A stretch of 60,891 nucleotides of DNA, filler included, from Hausera hauseri (GCA_046269625.1; 11 parts of 11 records of this genome joined end to end with filler, not necessarily neighbours in it); one strand, 5' to 3'. Shown: positions 48,461-60,891, numbered from the whole stretch's first letter. The notes: generated by a model not told the origin, from the letters alone. Made by a program: numbers and translations.

Positions 48461-48707
48461 AATAATTTGTTTCTAAGTAACTTTTTAAAATATGTTGAAT
48501 AAATGACTTTGGTACGGGTTGAGAAGCCTTTCATTTTTTGTTTTTAGCGGCATCGATATGTACCCTTTACGGTGTCGCAACTAAGCAGGAATTCGGTCCC
48601 TTTTTGTGAATCTTAAAGGTCTCGATTTTTCATGATAACACGAGTCAAATGTTGGACAGAATTTCGAGGTGCAACAAAGAAATTAACCTGACTTAGGGAC
48701 AGTACAT

Positions 48708-49130
48708 ATGTACCATGATACTTTATTCTGATAGCAGATCAATCCATTAAAGGTTATTGAAAGTTGACCATTTGAGGAACCATGGTATAAAGCCAAAATA
48801 TCATTAAGTTTAATTTGAATAATTGCCACAGCCAATGGAAAGTTGATAGCAGAGCAAAAAACAAAAAAATTAGTTCAGGCAATATTTAGAAAAATCTCAT
48901 CAAAATTTAAGGCAATCTATAAATTGCCTAATTCTTAATATTATCTGTAATATATACATTTTTCGTCACCAGTCACAATTCGATTCAGAAACTACTTTCA
49001 ACAGTAGTCCACATGTCACAGCGTATTTCAATATATTGGTCTTTCAATTCATGTGTAAGCTATCTTTCCCAATGTTTGCAAATGTCTAACAAATGTTCTT
49101 GATGAACATTTAATTGTGCTACCAACTATT
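48708..49130 (-). mobile_element. Mariner transposase remnant
   Basis: Minus strand reads FVRHLQTLGK...FLNRIVTGDEKCIYY (mariner first catalytic Asp motif). Confidence 0.75.
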
Positions 49131-49538
49131 CATGTGATTGTGCAACGTCGAGTAATTCAGTGTTTCCAAATCCAGTTAATATTAATATACATGGTCACAT
49201 TAATATAATTGTCACACAATTAGCCGGATTTTGAATCTAAACACCAAAATACTGTTAAATTAATGGGAACCGGCTAAGATTTTGGTTATTTTTCCAATCC
49301 TTAGATGTAAGCGATCATCGTCATTTGTAGGCATCACAAATATGACTAACTTTTTTTGACTTATCGAATGAATTTTTAGGTTATTGCAGTAGAAGTTACA
49401 GTAAAAGCCGCCTTATTGGGACACTGGTTAAGGTGGAGCAACTATGTAATTTAGTCATTTTCTGCAAAACCGAAGATGTATGTATAGTACACTGTACATT
49501 GCATAATCTGTTTAACAACAATTTTGAGAACTGTTATA

Positions 49539-49792
49539 TATTAGGGTGGTGCATAAATTCCCGACTTTTTAAGCAGTTTTTTATTATAAAATTTTAAATA
49601 AACAACAATGTTTTATTACATAAAGTATTCGCTGTTATTGTCTATTACTTGTTGCCATCTTTCAGGCAACAAATGAATTTCTCTTCTGTCTTTGATGAGA
49701 TAAACTTATTGATGCATTTTGTGGCTTGTTCCTCTTTGGTAAAATATTTCCCAGCCAATACATGTTGTAACGACCTGAAGAAGTGAAAATCA
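49539..49792 (-). mobile_element. Mariner element 3' end with terminal inverted repeat
   Basis: DFHFFRSLQHVLAGKYF and IHLLPERWQQVIDNNSEYF; TA-flanked TTAGGGTGGTGCATAA resembles a mariner TIR. Confidence 0.85.
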
Positions 49793-49892
49793 NNNNNNNN
49801 NNNNNNNNNNNNNNNNNNNNNNNNNNNNNNNNNNNNTTAATTAATTAANNNNNNNNNNNNNNNNNNNNNNNNNNNNNNNNNNNNNNNNNNNN

Positions 49893-50560
49893 TAAATATT
49901 ATTCAGTAGCTTTCTTAAAACTTCTATCCCAAAGTAACCCTATTTCTTCTTTTGTTATATTGTCTTGGCCTGGAGCTTTCCTCGGTTTCATTTTCTTTAT
50001 GGCATCCACAACTTCTGAGTTGAGTATTGGTGGACCTTCTCCATCATTATATATGTCTATGTCTGTTCTGTTATCTCTGTATATTTCACTTAGATATTCT
50101 GTCCATCTTTTGATGTTCATCGGGTTATACTTAAATCTCTTTAACTTTGTCTTTATTTTCCCTACTACTGGTACATGGTCACTATTGCAGTCAGCTCCTG
50201 ACATCGTTTTTACAGCCATAAGTGATGTTCTGAACCTTGCATTTATTATTATATAAATGATGCCTCCCGTTCTCTTCCTTGTCCTCAATCTTCTCGGATG
50301 CTGTTTGAATAAAGTATTTCCTATTACCATGTTATTAATTGTTACCCATTCTATCAGTTTGTCACCTCTGTTGCTTCATCCCCAATTTTGACATTGAAGT
50401 CTCCTAGTATAATATTAATTTCATGAGACTTGCATTGCTTCAGTGCTGTTTCCATGCCATTATAAACTGTTTCAATGTGCTGAGCTGTCTGAAGTTGGCG
50501 CATAGATCTGTATAAGATAGTCTCACACCCACACACACAGTGACTCTCTGCAGATCTGAT
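49893..50560 (-). mobile_element. RTE-clade LINE remnant (APE endonuclease + pre-RT)
   Basis: IILGDFNVKIG, NTLFKQHPRRL, GADCNSDHVP and EVVDAIKKMKPRKAPGQDNI. Confidence 0.9.
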
Positions 50561-53500
50561 GACATCATAGACCTGGATGAGAAAGTCGTCAGAAAGGCCA
50601 ATTGCACAATTTTACCACAGATCTACCACTAAAACATCCACAGATCATTATCGGTGATTTTTCCAGACGTTCATCAGTCGCATGATTCACCTCTTCCTCC
50701 GTAAACTCACACTGCGTTACAGATGTACCTGCTTCTAGAACATTATCCATTTAGGAAGGCTGGTCGAGTTCCGGGCGGTTCGAGTATCGAGCAGTTATTT
50801 TCCATAATACATAATAAGATTATCAGTGAAGCATCCCGTCGCACACCAGTCGCTAAATATATAGTGCTATTTTTAGCATGAGTACTGTATTTTATGGTGT
50901 AGCAAATGTAAAAGAATGAACTTTGCATTTCGAATTTTTCATTGGAAAATACAGTTTAATCATAAAAGTATAGACTAATGATACAACAAAAAAAAAAAAA
51001 AAAGAATGAAAGAAAGAGAACGGATGGCTTGAGTCAATTGTTTGGGGATAAAAGAGAGGAGAAGGAGATTTTGAAAGAGGTAATAATTTTTCATGATTCT
51101 TCTTCTTCTACTTTCGTTTATTTGAAACACTCTATACCTGTAAAGGTATCTTTTGTATAAACTTCACTGTTGCTTGCAGCTCACACCGTCTGTTTAGTCT
51201 CTACTGATGTTTCATAAGGCCAGTGAGTCTGCCTTATGTCTTTGAAGTCTCTGCAGTTCTGCAGCTTTGCTTTATGACAGGTCCACAGCCTGAGTTGCCA
51301 GTCTTGAATGTTGTGTACATGTGATTATGTAGTCGATTGTGACACGTTCTGAGTCGTAGGATGATGACCTGTTGTGATAGTAAACGAAACAAAGAACAAC
51401 AAAAGCACAGTTACGTGCATTGACAAAAAAGCTAAAACCTATAAACGGAAGACGAAACGAGAGAAAAGCTTCCATATTGTGATCTGGAACGGACATATTT
51501 TCTACGGTCAAATAATCTTGATCCAATTGAGTGTATATTAAGTAGAAATCGATTTTACTCGACAAAACGAGCTAGATTTGTTCGTTATACATTAGCGCCT
51601 ACATGTAGTTGGCCGTTGGTCAATTTATGAAGCTCCAGACTTGGTTTTATACACAAATCATTATATGTAAATAAAGACTGAGTCATTGTTGTTAGCCATT
51701 TTGCTTATTTAAAGAGAAGGAGCAAACAAAACTTGGTATTGTGCAATTATGTTTTGTTATTTCTGGAAGAAACGGTAAGAAATAAGGTTATGAAATATTA
51801 TTGAGAGTGGATATAAAAAGCCAACCTGTAGTGTTAAAAGTTAAAAATCGTTTGAAAGATTCAATACATATTAACAATTGCTTAATGAGTGATATTCAAC
51901 ACAGCCCAATGTGTTGATCTACTTTGATGTACTTAGCGGTTTACAATGTACGACTTATATCCCATTCAACTAAAGTTACTATAAAATAGAATGAAAGAAA
52001 GAGAATGGATTTCTTGAATGAATTGTTTTGAGGATAAATGAAAGGGGAACGAGATTAATTGTGAAAACGACATTCCCTTTCATGATGACTGGAAGGAATT
52101 CATGTTCTGCTGTCTTCTCTTTCTGTCTTCTTGCTGCAGGTACTTCCTTGAACCGGTGTAGTTAGTGATCGCATTGAACAATTATGAACAAGGCAAACTA
52201 CTTATATAAAAGAATGACATCTTAAGTAGGGGAGAGAGGTACAAAAAGAACATTAGTCCAAAAGACACTCATAAAATTGAAAAGAAAGATAAGAACATCA
52301 TTTGTTTTAAAAAAGCAAATGGACACCACTCACGCCTTAAAGATGTATAAGGGAACGTGGAGTTAGTGTCCTCATTTTTATTGACCAACGACATGCAATT
52401 GGGCATGTTGTCGGTATAACGACAGTCCGCCTTTACTTTAACAGAGAATTTCTCCAGTACCAATTTTTCTAGGCTGGATGAATCACTGGAGCTGTTAATG
52501 TCGGATAAATTCAACCCCTGACCATACGGTATAAAGCGAGCGCACTAACAACTTCCCATCAAGGTTAATGACATAATTAGTTCTAAACAAATGTTAATCA
52601 CCGATTTTGAAAACCACTGACTTTGTTTCACATTATGTATAATCGTCATTGGATTACTTTATAAGGAACAAAACACAGGGAGGATGGACATGAAATATGA
52701 GAGTGGTTTCTAGCACAGAAGAGAGTAAGACAATGAAGCATCATTTCGTCACATTTATTGAATATTGAATCTTTCTTCGTTTTGAAGATCGTGAGAAAGT
52801 TAAAGGAAGAGCAATAGGTTTGAACCTTTTAACATCATTGAATATCAGATTTTATATGAGAATTTCATAACACTTGTGAAAGGTAGATTCAGTTAGCTCC
52901 ATGAAAATGTATATTTCTTATTTTCATTTAGTACGACTCGGTTTTATCCATCCAGTTTTAGCGAGATGGTCGAGTACCGAGAAAGCTGGTAAGTGCTGAA
53001 CCACAATTCAGTCTAATTTATTCGTCGATGGCCAAATTGGTCGATTTCTGAGGAATTGTACATGACATTTCAAGAATAATCCACACACACACAACCACGC
53101 CACAATTAAAAGCATACACACACACATATATACATACGCACCATGGGCTTTTGCCAAGAACCGGACGTATCGCTGAAAAAACTAATATAAATTAAGAGCC
53201 AATGGAAATCTCTGGATTACAAAACTAGAACCAAACTGAAAATGAATCTGGAATGCGTGCTGTCTGTGCTCCTTCTAAAATAAGCTGAATTCTGGAGAGC
53301 AGATAAAAAGTGTCCAAGCTCTCATCCTTACTCTAAACCTTTCAGGGCTTTCGGTATCGCATATCGGCAAGGCTGATAACTCATAGTCAATCAAGACCTC
53401 TGCCCAGACGAGTCAGTGACTCCAGGGCAGCGATAACCACTGGCTAACGGGCAGAGCATCGTGATGGTTTTCAGAACAATCGTCGATGCTTCCAGCATTT

Positions 53501-54002
53501 ACATAGGTTAACCTCAGTTTCACGCTTCCAGGTAACCAACGAGATGGCATGTAAACTTCGCTACCGACCTCCAAAACAGTTTTAGTCATGATTAAACTGC
53601 CATTCTCAGTGGTCATCGTGGCGAGTATTTCACTACATGATATAGAAATCACAATAAAAACAGCAACAACTCTGAATGGTACCAAAAATACAGCAATAAC
53701 ATGTAATCTTAGCCTGCATTTCATGTGTTTCTTCGCCTGTTAAGCATGAAACCAAATCCAAACCAAATAACCTAATTTCTGTTATGGCTCATTCAGTAAT
53801 AATCATGTCTCGCACTACTGTGTGGGCGAGTAAGTGAGCAGGCAGGGTTAGATCAGACACAATGCCTGCATCCACCTTCATGCTCCCCCCATCAATATAC
53901 AAAGGTGCCGCTTTACAATCAGCTGCAGATAATGAGGTTGCATTATGTTTCATTCACTGCTGCTTGGAAAGATTGAATAGTAGGAGCTTGTGTCATGACT
54001 GA

Positions 54003-56285
54003 TTAGAGTAGTGCTTGTACAAGTGCATGATAATGACACCACATTGTGTGAGTGAGCCACTGTAGAAAGATTTGTTTTATTTGTTTACTAAATCCTGTTA
54101 ATTTTACGGTGAACATTCTTTCCAAATATATTTCTTTCTGTTCATGCCATAATTTTAAAGAGCAGGAAATATTATAATATCCAAAAGATGATATTTGTTC
54201 AAAATGTAAGGATTTATCTCTATAAGCAAAAAATGATTTCGGTCCGCTAACAACTTTCCATCTATAAACGTAATTCGTTTGCGGAAATCCATTAGAATCA
54301 CATTCAATAACTTCATCTACATTAAATACATATTTTCTTATCCATAACCGTGTCGGTGGCAAATGTACAGTAATCCAATTTCTAATTTCCCGTTTTTCAC
54401 CGAAAACCGTTGTGTAATGACATGTAACAAAATACACGTCACCAAGTGAATCTTCGGTAACAATCATTACGTTGTTAACTACAAGACCAGGAGTGGGACG
54501 AAACAATGTTAAAGTAACACTCCTTGATATGTTCAGACCGTAAACGTCACCAACAACAATACACCTCAATGTATCATTTACCGTAAACATATTTTTGTTA
54601 TTGGGATAAAACTCGATAGTAATATTTGAAATAATTAGCTTAAGAAATGTAATATTCCTTTGAGTTATAAGTGTATAACCAGCATATAATGTAAACTGAC
54701 ACATGGTTTCAATCATGCAGTTCACCAATAAATTAGTTATAAGAATACCGTTGGAATCTTGATTGTATATTTTTGAATATTTTGTAATTTCATGTGTACA
54801 GTTGGGATTAACGTTGTTCTGAATGCTTTTTAGAAAGTTAACTTCAAGAACAGCCGATATTAATGGAAATCGACGAAAACTACAATATATTGTTTCATTA
54901 GAAATAACACATCTTCTATGCGGATACATTTGAAGCCCGGTCATGATCATTTGACAATCAATTATGGAAACAATCAGGACCTTTATTCTAAACATTTTAT
55001 CGTATAGTCCTAGTCGACAAACGAAATATAATTCTTCCGATGTGTTCAGCAATTTCTTTTGATAAAGTGTACCATTTATTATGACAAATAGATTAGAAGA
55101 AATATCAAGCTTATAATAATTAATATTAGATTCGTAAAATCCTCTGGAATCGGAATGGCATGAAATCGGTGTAATAGTTTCATATTTTGTCATTGCTTGA
55201 TGTGTGTCGTTAAATTTTATGTCAATTAAATTAGGATTATATATAGAAATGATTACCGGTTCGGAAACTGAAACGTCATGAACAACATATGAAAAGTTTA
55301 TAAAATAAAATCCTGGTAACTGATTGATACTTGAAAATAGTACAAATCGTTTAAAAATCATCATTTTCATGTCCTTTTTATACATCATTTTAAAATAGAC
55401 TATTTCGTTCACTTCTTTAATGAATATAGATTGAACGTGATGTACAAAATAAACAGATATATTGGCATCTCTGATTTTATAATATTTTTTATCCTTCAAA
55501 TTCGGGTTGGATGACTGGCAGAATAAACAAACTTCATTCCGTGTAGAATTAACATATCCGTACGTAGCGTTAATTAAATATAATCCTGGACCGTAAAATG
55601 TAACACCATGCATCTGTTGAACAATCTCTACCGGAGAAATCATGCACAAAACATACAATTTGTACTCAATAATCCAATTAGAAATGTTGGGAAGGATGGA
55701 CAAATTAATTTGCTTATCATAAACCTTTATTGTCACATTTAAACGTTCAGAAATCTCGGATGCTAAGCATTCAACGATGTAATCTGATTGAGTTGTCATT
55801 TTATCAATTAATATCATTCTCCCAATGGTATATATTGGTCTGGAATTATTGGTTCCAGTTTTTAATATGCATGATGGATTAAAGATACTTTCATTATTTG
55901 TCATTTTAAATTCTGCTGTAATTGTATATGAAAAATAGAAAGAAAAATACATCTCATGCATTGGTCTATAAGTCAAACGAAGTACAACGTAAAGCTGATA
56001 ATCGTGATTCTCTAGTACAACATTATTTATTCCACCAAAAATTATACATCGAAGTGCTTTCTTGTGTAATGTAATGTCTGGGCAAATAAGAATTTTAAAT
56101 GAAGTTTGATTACATATATATGTTTTTGACAAATTACACGATAACGTGAATCCATCGGACGTATAAATCCCATCATTTGGAGAAGTCATATAATCCAACA
56201 TGTACACATTTAACTTTTGTTCACTTGGCACATCTCCATCTAGAGTCACATTAAGCAACGTATAACATGGTTGGTCAACAGCCAT
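54003..56285 (-). CDS. Cys/N-glycosylation-rich extracellular protein with probable tandem Ig-like domains (5' end at contig edge)
   Basis: 760-aa uninterrupted ORF; paired Cys spaced ~45-60 aa; IECDSNGFPQ..Y.YRW and Y.(V/I).C strand-F motifs; many NxS/T sites. Confidence 0.6.
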   Translation of the reverse strand: MAVDQPCYTLLNVTLDGDVPSEQKLNVYMLDYMTSPNDGIYTSDGFTLSCNLSKTYICNQTSFKILICPDITLHKKALRCIIFGGINNVVLENHDYQLYVVLRLTYRPMHEMYFSFYFSYTITAEFKMTNNESIFNPSCILKTGTNNSRPIYTIGRMILIDKMTTQSDYIVECLASEISERLNVTIKVYDKQINLSILPNISNWIIEYKLYVLCMISPVEIVQQMHGVTFYGPGLYLINATYGYVNSTRNEVCLFCQSSNPNLKDKKYYKIRDANISVYFVHHVQSIFIKEVNEIVYFKMMYKKDMKMMIFKRFVLFSSINQLPGFYFINFSYVVHDVSVSEPVIISIYNPNLIDIKFNDTHQAMTKYETITPISCHSDSRGFYESNINYYKLDISSNLFVIINGTLYQKKLLNTSEELYFVCRLGLYDKMFRIKVLIVSIIDCQMIMTGLQMYPHRRCVISNETIYCSFRRFPLISAVLEVNFLKSIQNNVNPNCTHEITKYSKIYNQDSNGILITNLLVNCMIETMCQFTLYAGYTLITQRNITFLKLIISNITIEFYPNNKNMFTVNDTLRCIVVGDVYGLNISRSVTLTLFRPTPGLVVNNVMIVTEDSLGDVYFVTCHYTTVFGEKREIRNWITVHLPPTRLWIRKYVFNVDEVIECDSNGFPQTNYVYRWKVVSGPKSFFAYRDKSLHFEQISSFGYYNISCSLKLWHEQKEIYLERMFTVKLTGFSKQIKQIFLQWLTHTMWCHYHALVQALL

Positions 56286-59200
56286 NNNNNNNNNNNNNNN
56301 NNNNNNNNNNNNNNNNNNNNNNNNNNNNNTTAATTAATTAANNNNNNNNNNNNNNNNNNNNNNNNNNNNNNNNNNNNNNNNNNNNTCTACGAGCTGATGC
56401 AAATATGACAATTATTGATTGTTATGGCAATGAATTGTCAAATAATTGTCAAATCACTGGCAGAGTAGCAGAAGTCTTAATCCAATTACAAGGATATAAA
56501 ATAAAGAAGGTTGCGGTTCTTCTCAGTTTCATCGATGTCAGTACCCAGAGTGATCCGGAGGACCGAATCATTTTTCAAAAGGGGGAGAAATGTTGAGGTT
56601 CATTATGTCTTCGGTTCTGACGGCTTATGACCAAATTTACATTGTGTCTTCGATTCTGACAATTTATGACTAAAATTACAGCGAATTGTGAAACATCGTC
56701 TGACAATTTATGACTAATTTACAGAAATCTTTCCTCATTTGAAATGAACTTGTGTACACAATAATTATTTAAATATATTTGAATCTTTCCAGCCTTTATT
56801 GTAAGCCTCTGATGGCGTTCCTTTTTTATGACTATTATGTGTACAAAATTGTAACCATAGCAGTTGGTGTTATGAGATGATTAACCATGTGGGTAATAAC
56901 GCACTATACACAGTGTCATGAGAAACAGGAAAACAGACAGGAAAAGCGTTGACATGCAAAACAATGGAGTCGTAAAGCAGTTTGAGAATGAATAGAGTTA
57001 AGCTCGAGAACAATGGAATTAATTTTGAAAGCAACAGGACAACAGACAGGAAAAGCGTTGACGTGCAATCTTGGAAATAAGCAGAATTAGATCAATAGAA
57101 TAAATACAACAATGGAGTCGTAAAGCAATAATCCATTAACACAAAGACAAATGAATGTGAAAATTGCATTATAAAATTACAGCGAATTGTGAAAATCAGG
57201 AAACTGCATTCTAGAAATATAATGAATGCAGGAAATTGAATTTTGAGAAATATGATGAATGCAGGAAATTGAATTTTGCAATTGAATCTAAAAAAGAAAA
57301 TCGAATTTCCTAAATCAAACGACAATCGCTAAAAAATTGATATAAAAGGCAAACACAAAAAACAAAAACAACAACAAAATTTTATTTCCACAAAATCTTC
57401 GTATTTCGATCAAAAATTTTAAGAAGTCAGTGACAGGTCAGTTACTGAATTTAATTGTAGAAATTGTAATTTATTTATTTTACTAATAGCTTAAGTAGAA
57501 ATTATTTGGAAAAGAAAGGAATATCGACAGGCACTTCAGTCAAGGATAATCAAGCAGATACATTATTTATTACAATCCGATTTATACTTTTGCTGTAAAA
57601 CTTTACGACCCGACATGGCAGAAGGACGCTCACAAGAATTGAATAGTCAACAAGACCCACATGGTAATTATACGCTTGTACATCACTAATTGCAAGAAAT
57701 TGTATTTTTATTGTAAAGATTTTGTATAAGTAAATATATTCGATCATAAATGAAAAGTTGATGAATAAGAGAGTACATCTTTTAGTAGTATCAATATGAA
57801 TCGATTAAGGAAATTGATATGCTTGGTGATAAACAGGACATATGGTTGGGTAAATGGAATAATGTCCCGAAGGCTGCGATGATCGGACAATCGGAATGAA
57901 AAGACGAAACTACGATAATCAGTTCTTTATCATTCGATGCGAAGTGGAGACACCAGGAATTAGTGAATTTTACCCAAATGATTGTTGTTACCCAGAATGG
58001 TTCTGATAATTATTGTGTTTATTTACAACCGATTAAAAAGGGGTTAATTCATTTTACGAGATGTACTAGTTGTTCGATATAATGTTGTCCTATTTACTTT
58101 ATAATACTATGGTTTTTTCCTATATAGCCTTATGTCCGGAATATATTAAAGGAATGCTACATGTTGATGAGGTAATATTAATTCGTGAGTGTATAATTGT
58201 AGTAAATAGGCTTGTTATAAAACTGGCGATATTACTTTCTTTAGTGCTTTATTTGAATATGAAAGGGTTACATAATATCTCCGTTTATGAGACAACTTGT
58301 GGAGATAATGATTCACAAAGATCCGAAGGTGAATTGTTGATTAGTATAATATGAATATGTCTTCTATCGATAAAGTTAAATAAACCTGGGATTGTATTCT
58401 AATCCATATATTAGTCAAAAAATAAGATAAATCGTATAATGAGTACATGGTAGCCCATAAGTTAGACAACATTAGAACGATGATTCGATTTGACTTTCCT
58501 TGAAACAGTGCGTGAATGTATAACCAATAATTTGACCTTCGTAGAAACAATGTGCATGAATGTATAACCCTTATTAATTAGAAAGTTTGTTAACCACCCT
58601 CCTAACCAAGGGTACTACCTATGGATGATGATTTATTTATTGTCAGAGTGTTATAAAGTAGATAACGCGATCAATGTTAGTCAAGGATACTACCTGTGGA
58701 TGGTGATTTGTTAATACGAATGATTTTTATACGACGCAACTTTTTCATCGGCGAATTGTTAAACAGATGGTGCAATGAAGAATACCCTAACCAAACGAAC
58801 ATTTTAAACTGGTGAGAACATCGTTGTTAGATAAGTACACTCAGGGTTACGAATAAAAACAAAAGAAATTGCGATAGAAGATAAGTTAAATTATCGATGG
58901 CCATATACCGATCTAACATAATAAAAGGTCATCAGGTAAAGTATTGCATAACCTACAAAGAGAAAAGATTGATGTCAGGACCATAAAGACTTTAAAGCTG
59001 GTAATTAGATGGAAGAGAGAATATTATGGTAAAAATAGAATAATAGAATGCTAGATAAACAAGAGACAAATGGATAAATGAAATGTAAGATAGATAGAAT
59101 GAAAATACTTGACACCAGTATAATCGGCACTATGACTGTGATGAAAATTGCCTATGATGTACAAACATCTTGAAATAGATCTATTTCTAGAAAACATGGA

Positions 59201-59382
59201 AATATTTTGTAAAATACGAGACAAATCGAAATTATAAGAAGTTTTTGGAAGGAATGAAATAAATATGATGCATTAGGTACGATTTAATGTTTTCATAGAT
59301 ACGAAAGAATTAATAAACGATAATAAAAAATAAGAACTCACGAAAGATTAGTAACATGAATGGACTATTTAAACAATTTATA

Positions 59383-59428
59383 TGTTAGAGTGATATAAAG
59401 GTTGGATAACACGACCCCTACGCTAACA
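59383..59428. repeat. 46-bp TG..CA inverted-repeat unit
   Basis: TGTTAGAGT ... ACGCTAACA (9-bp arms, one mismatch). Confidence 0.6.
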
Positions 59429-59435
59429 TATAAAC

Positions 59436-59453
59436 TGGTGCCCCGAGTAAGAA
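59436..59453 (+). promoter_or_regulatory. Primer-binding site-like sequence (elongator tRNA-Met type)
   Basis: TGGTGCCCCGAGTAAG resembles TGGTGCCCCGTGTGAG, the complement of the animal tRNA-Met 3' end; it lies 7 nt after ...CTAACA. Confidence 0.6.
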
Positions 59454-59597
59454 GCACAACGAAGTGAAAAACAAGAAGAACTCTGATTTGGGGAATAAAC
59501 TATTAGGATATATCTTTAATTAACAAATAGTTGAATAAGGAAATTTCACTTTATTACAAAATACAATTGGAATAATAATTACCCCATATAATTTCAG

Positions 59598-59896
59598 GCG
59601 ATCGATATGAATCAACACAGTGCGATATATGTTTTGGAGCACTGGGAAGGAAATACGCATTATTGAGATGCACTCATATAATGTGCACCCACTGTGCAGA
59701 TAGATGGCTAGCAAAAAATCAGTCGTGCCCGTTCTGTAGAAGAAAAATTACATCATATCAGTGTTGGGGAACCACTGTAGTGGTGATCCCAGATGAAGAG
59801 GAAAATGAAATAGAGGAAGATGAGAATCCGGCAGAAGGGGATCAACACGACTTATATGTATTTGGGCCCAACGGGCTGGTTTATATGCCCATTTGA
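59598..59896 (+). CDS. C3HC4 RING-finger exon with acidic tail
   Basis: Extending the listed ORF upstream in frame gives QCDICFGALGRKYALLRCTHIMCTHCADRWLAKNQSCPFCR; acceptor ATTTCAG ends at 59597. Confidence 0.8.
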
Positions 59897-60399
59897 TGAT
59901 TATAATAAACTTTAATATAAAAGTTGTTTTCAACTTAACCGAGGGATATTTGATTGATATTGAGGATAATGAGGATCAAAGTCGATGGTATTAATGTGGG
60001 ACATATTAAGGGTGTATCATATGTCAGAAGATCAACGGAGATCAAAACAAAGGAACCCAATGCCCACTGTGCGATTTTATCAGGAGATTGGACCAAATAG
60101 AAGATTCATTCATATGCGCCTATTGTGGACAGGACACGAAATTGGATATGATGACCATGGACGATGGGTGTTATTTGTTATGTCCTATATGTGTCTTGAC
60201 AGACGTTGATATACAAGAAATTAGAAAATTAACAGGAATCGCTGATCTGTGAATAGTTATAATCTAATAAATTTTGGTATTTAAAATCTGTTTTATTAAT
60301 AGGAAGAAATTATTTATAAACGAATATAAAATATAACTGGAATAAACTATTATTGTTTAAGGAAATGGAAACAGAAATGGAAGCGGAAATGAAGATGGA

Positions 60400-60822
60400 A
60401 TGGAAACTGAAAAATGCCTCATTTGTCTTGAAGAAATGATGGGAGAAAGGACAATACTACCATGCAAACATAAATACTGCAGTCTCTGTATCAACATCTG
60501 GTTGGGGGAGCATAACAATTGCCCTTGTTGCAGAAGAGCTTGCATCTTTTGTTGGGTGTGCTCCAAACTAGTAGCTGACGACCTGGCCACTCTGTCGTGT
60601 AGGCACATATTTTGCCAGTCATGCATCCTTGAATATTTAACGTGCTGTCAATTATGCCCCTATTGCCTGGAAACGGTGAACTTTTATGTTACGGAAGGAC
60701 TAATTACATACTTGAACTTGGATAGTCAACCCTCTATAGTGTTAGTGGTCGATGAGGACGACGGCAGCTGGCCGGAGGCATGGAGAAACCCACAACCCTA
60801 TACAATACTGGACATTGACTAA
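60400..60822 (+). CDS. Tandem double C3HC4 RING-finger protein
   Basis: CLIC...LPCKHKYCSLCINIW...CPCC, then CWVC...LSCRHIFCQSCI...CPYC, then an acidic tail. Confidence 0.88.
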   Translation: METEKCLICLEEMMGERTILPCKHKYCSLCINIWLGEHNNCPCCRRACIFCWVCSKLVADDLATLSCRHIFCQSCILEYLTCCQLCPYCLETVNFYVTEGLITYLNLDSQPSIVLVVDEDDGSWPEAWRNPQPYTILDID

Positions 60823-60891
60823 AATTAACTTATCAATAAAATTAATTGTAGTAAATCTTTTTTTTTTATTTTTAAGGTTATTTCCCCGATT

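Noticed and set aside
47784-48534. ORFs with LGLG/PNPN/X runs
   Set aside because: They are translations of telomeric repeats and N gaps.
53413-54000. Possible LINE endonuclease or membrane-protein fragment
   Set aside because: No diagnostic motif could be read with confidence.

Overview
This is AT-rich metazoan (invertebrate-like) genomic DNA, not prokaryotic: it has TTAGGG telomere repeats, ~50-nt GT-AG introns, and Runx, NUP188 and BLOC1S1 homologues. The window is an artificial concatenation of 11 short contigs joined by identical 100-nt spacers (44 N + TTAATTAATTAA + 44 N), so only within-contig adjacency is meaningful. Most contigs are mosaics of decayed mobile elements: two CsRn1-type Ty3/Gypsy elements, RTE LINE pieces, mariner pieces, a Polinton-like integrase and an interstitial telomeric satellite. 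Candidate system 1 is a retrovirus-like family seen in four contigs, inferred from overlapping homologous copies. It runs [~800-aa orphan ORF ending in a RING finger] - 41-bp TG..CA inverted unit - tRNA PBS - Gag (capsid + CCHC) - an in-frame tail of >1000 aa with no PR/RT/RH/IN but a ubiquitin-like domain and an AT-hook - a chuvirus-type class III glycoprotein. Candidate system 2 is a CsRn1-type Gypsy whose Gag begins with a 75-aa ubiquitin-like domain ending RIRGG|M. Both copies of it sit directly behind host-gene fragments (TDRD12-like; SLC4-PDI chimera). A further PBS is followed by spliced RING-finger exons. All family assignments are by visual motif recognition; no searches were run.
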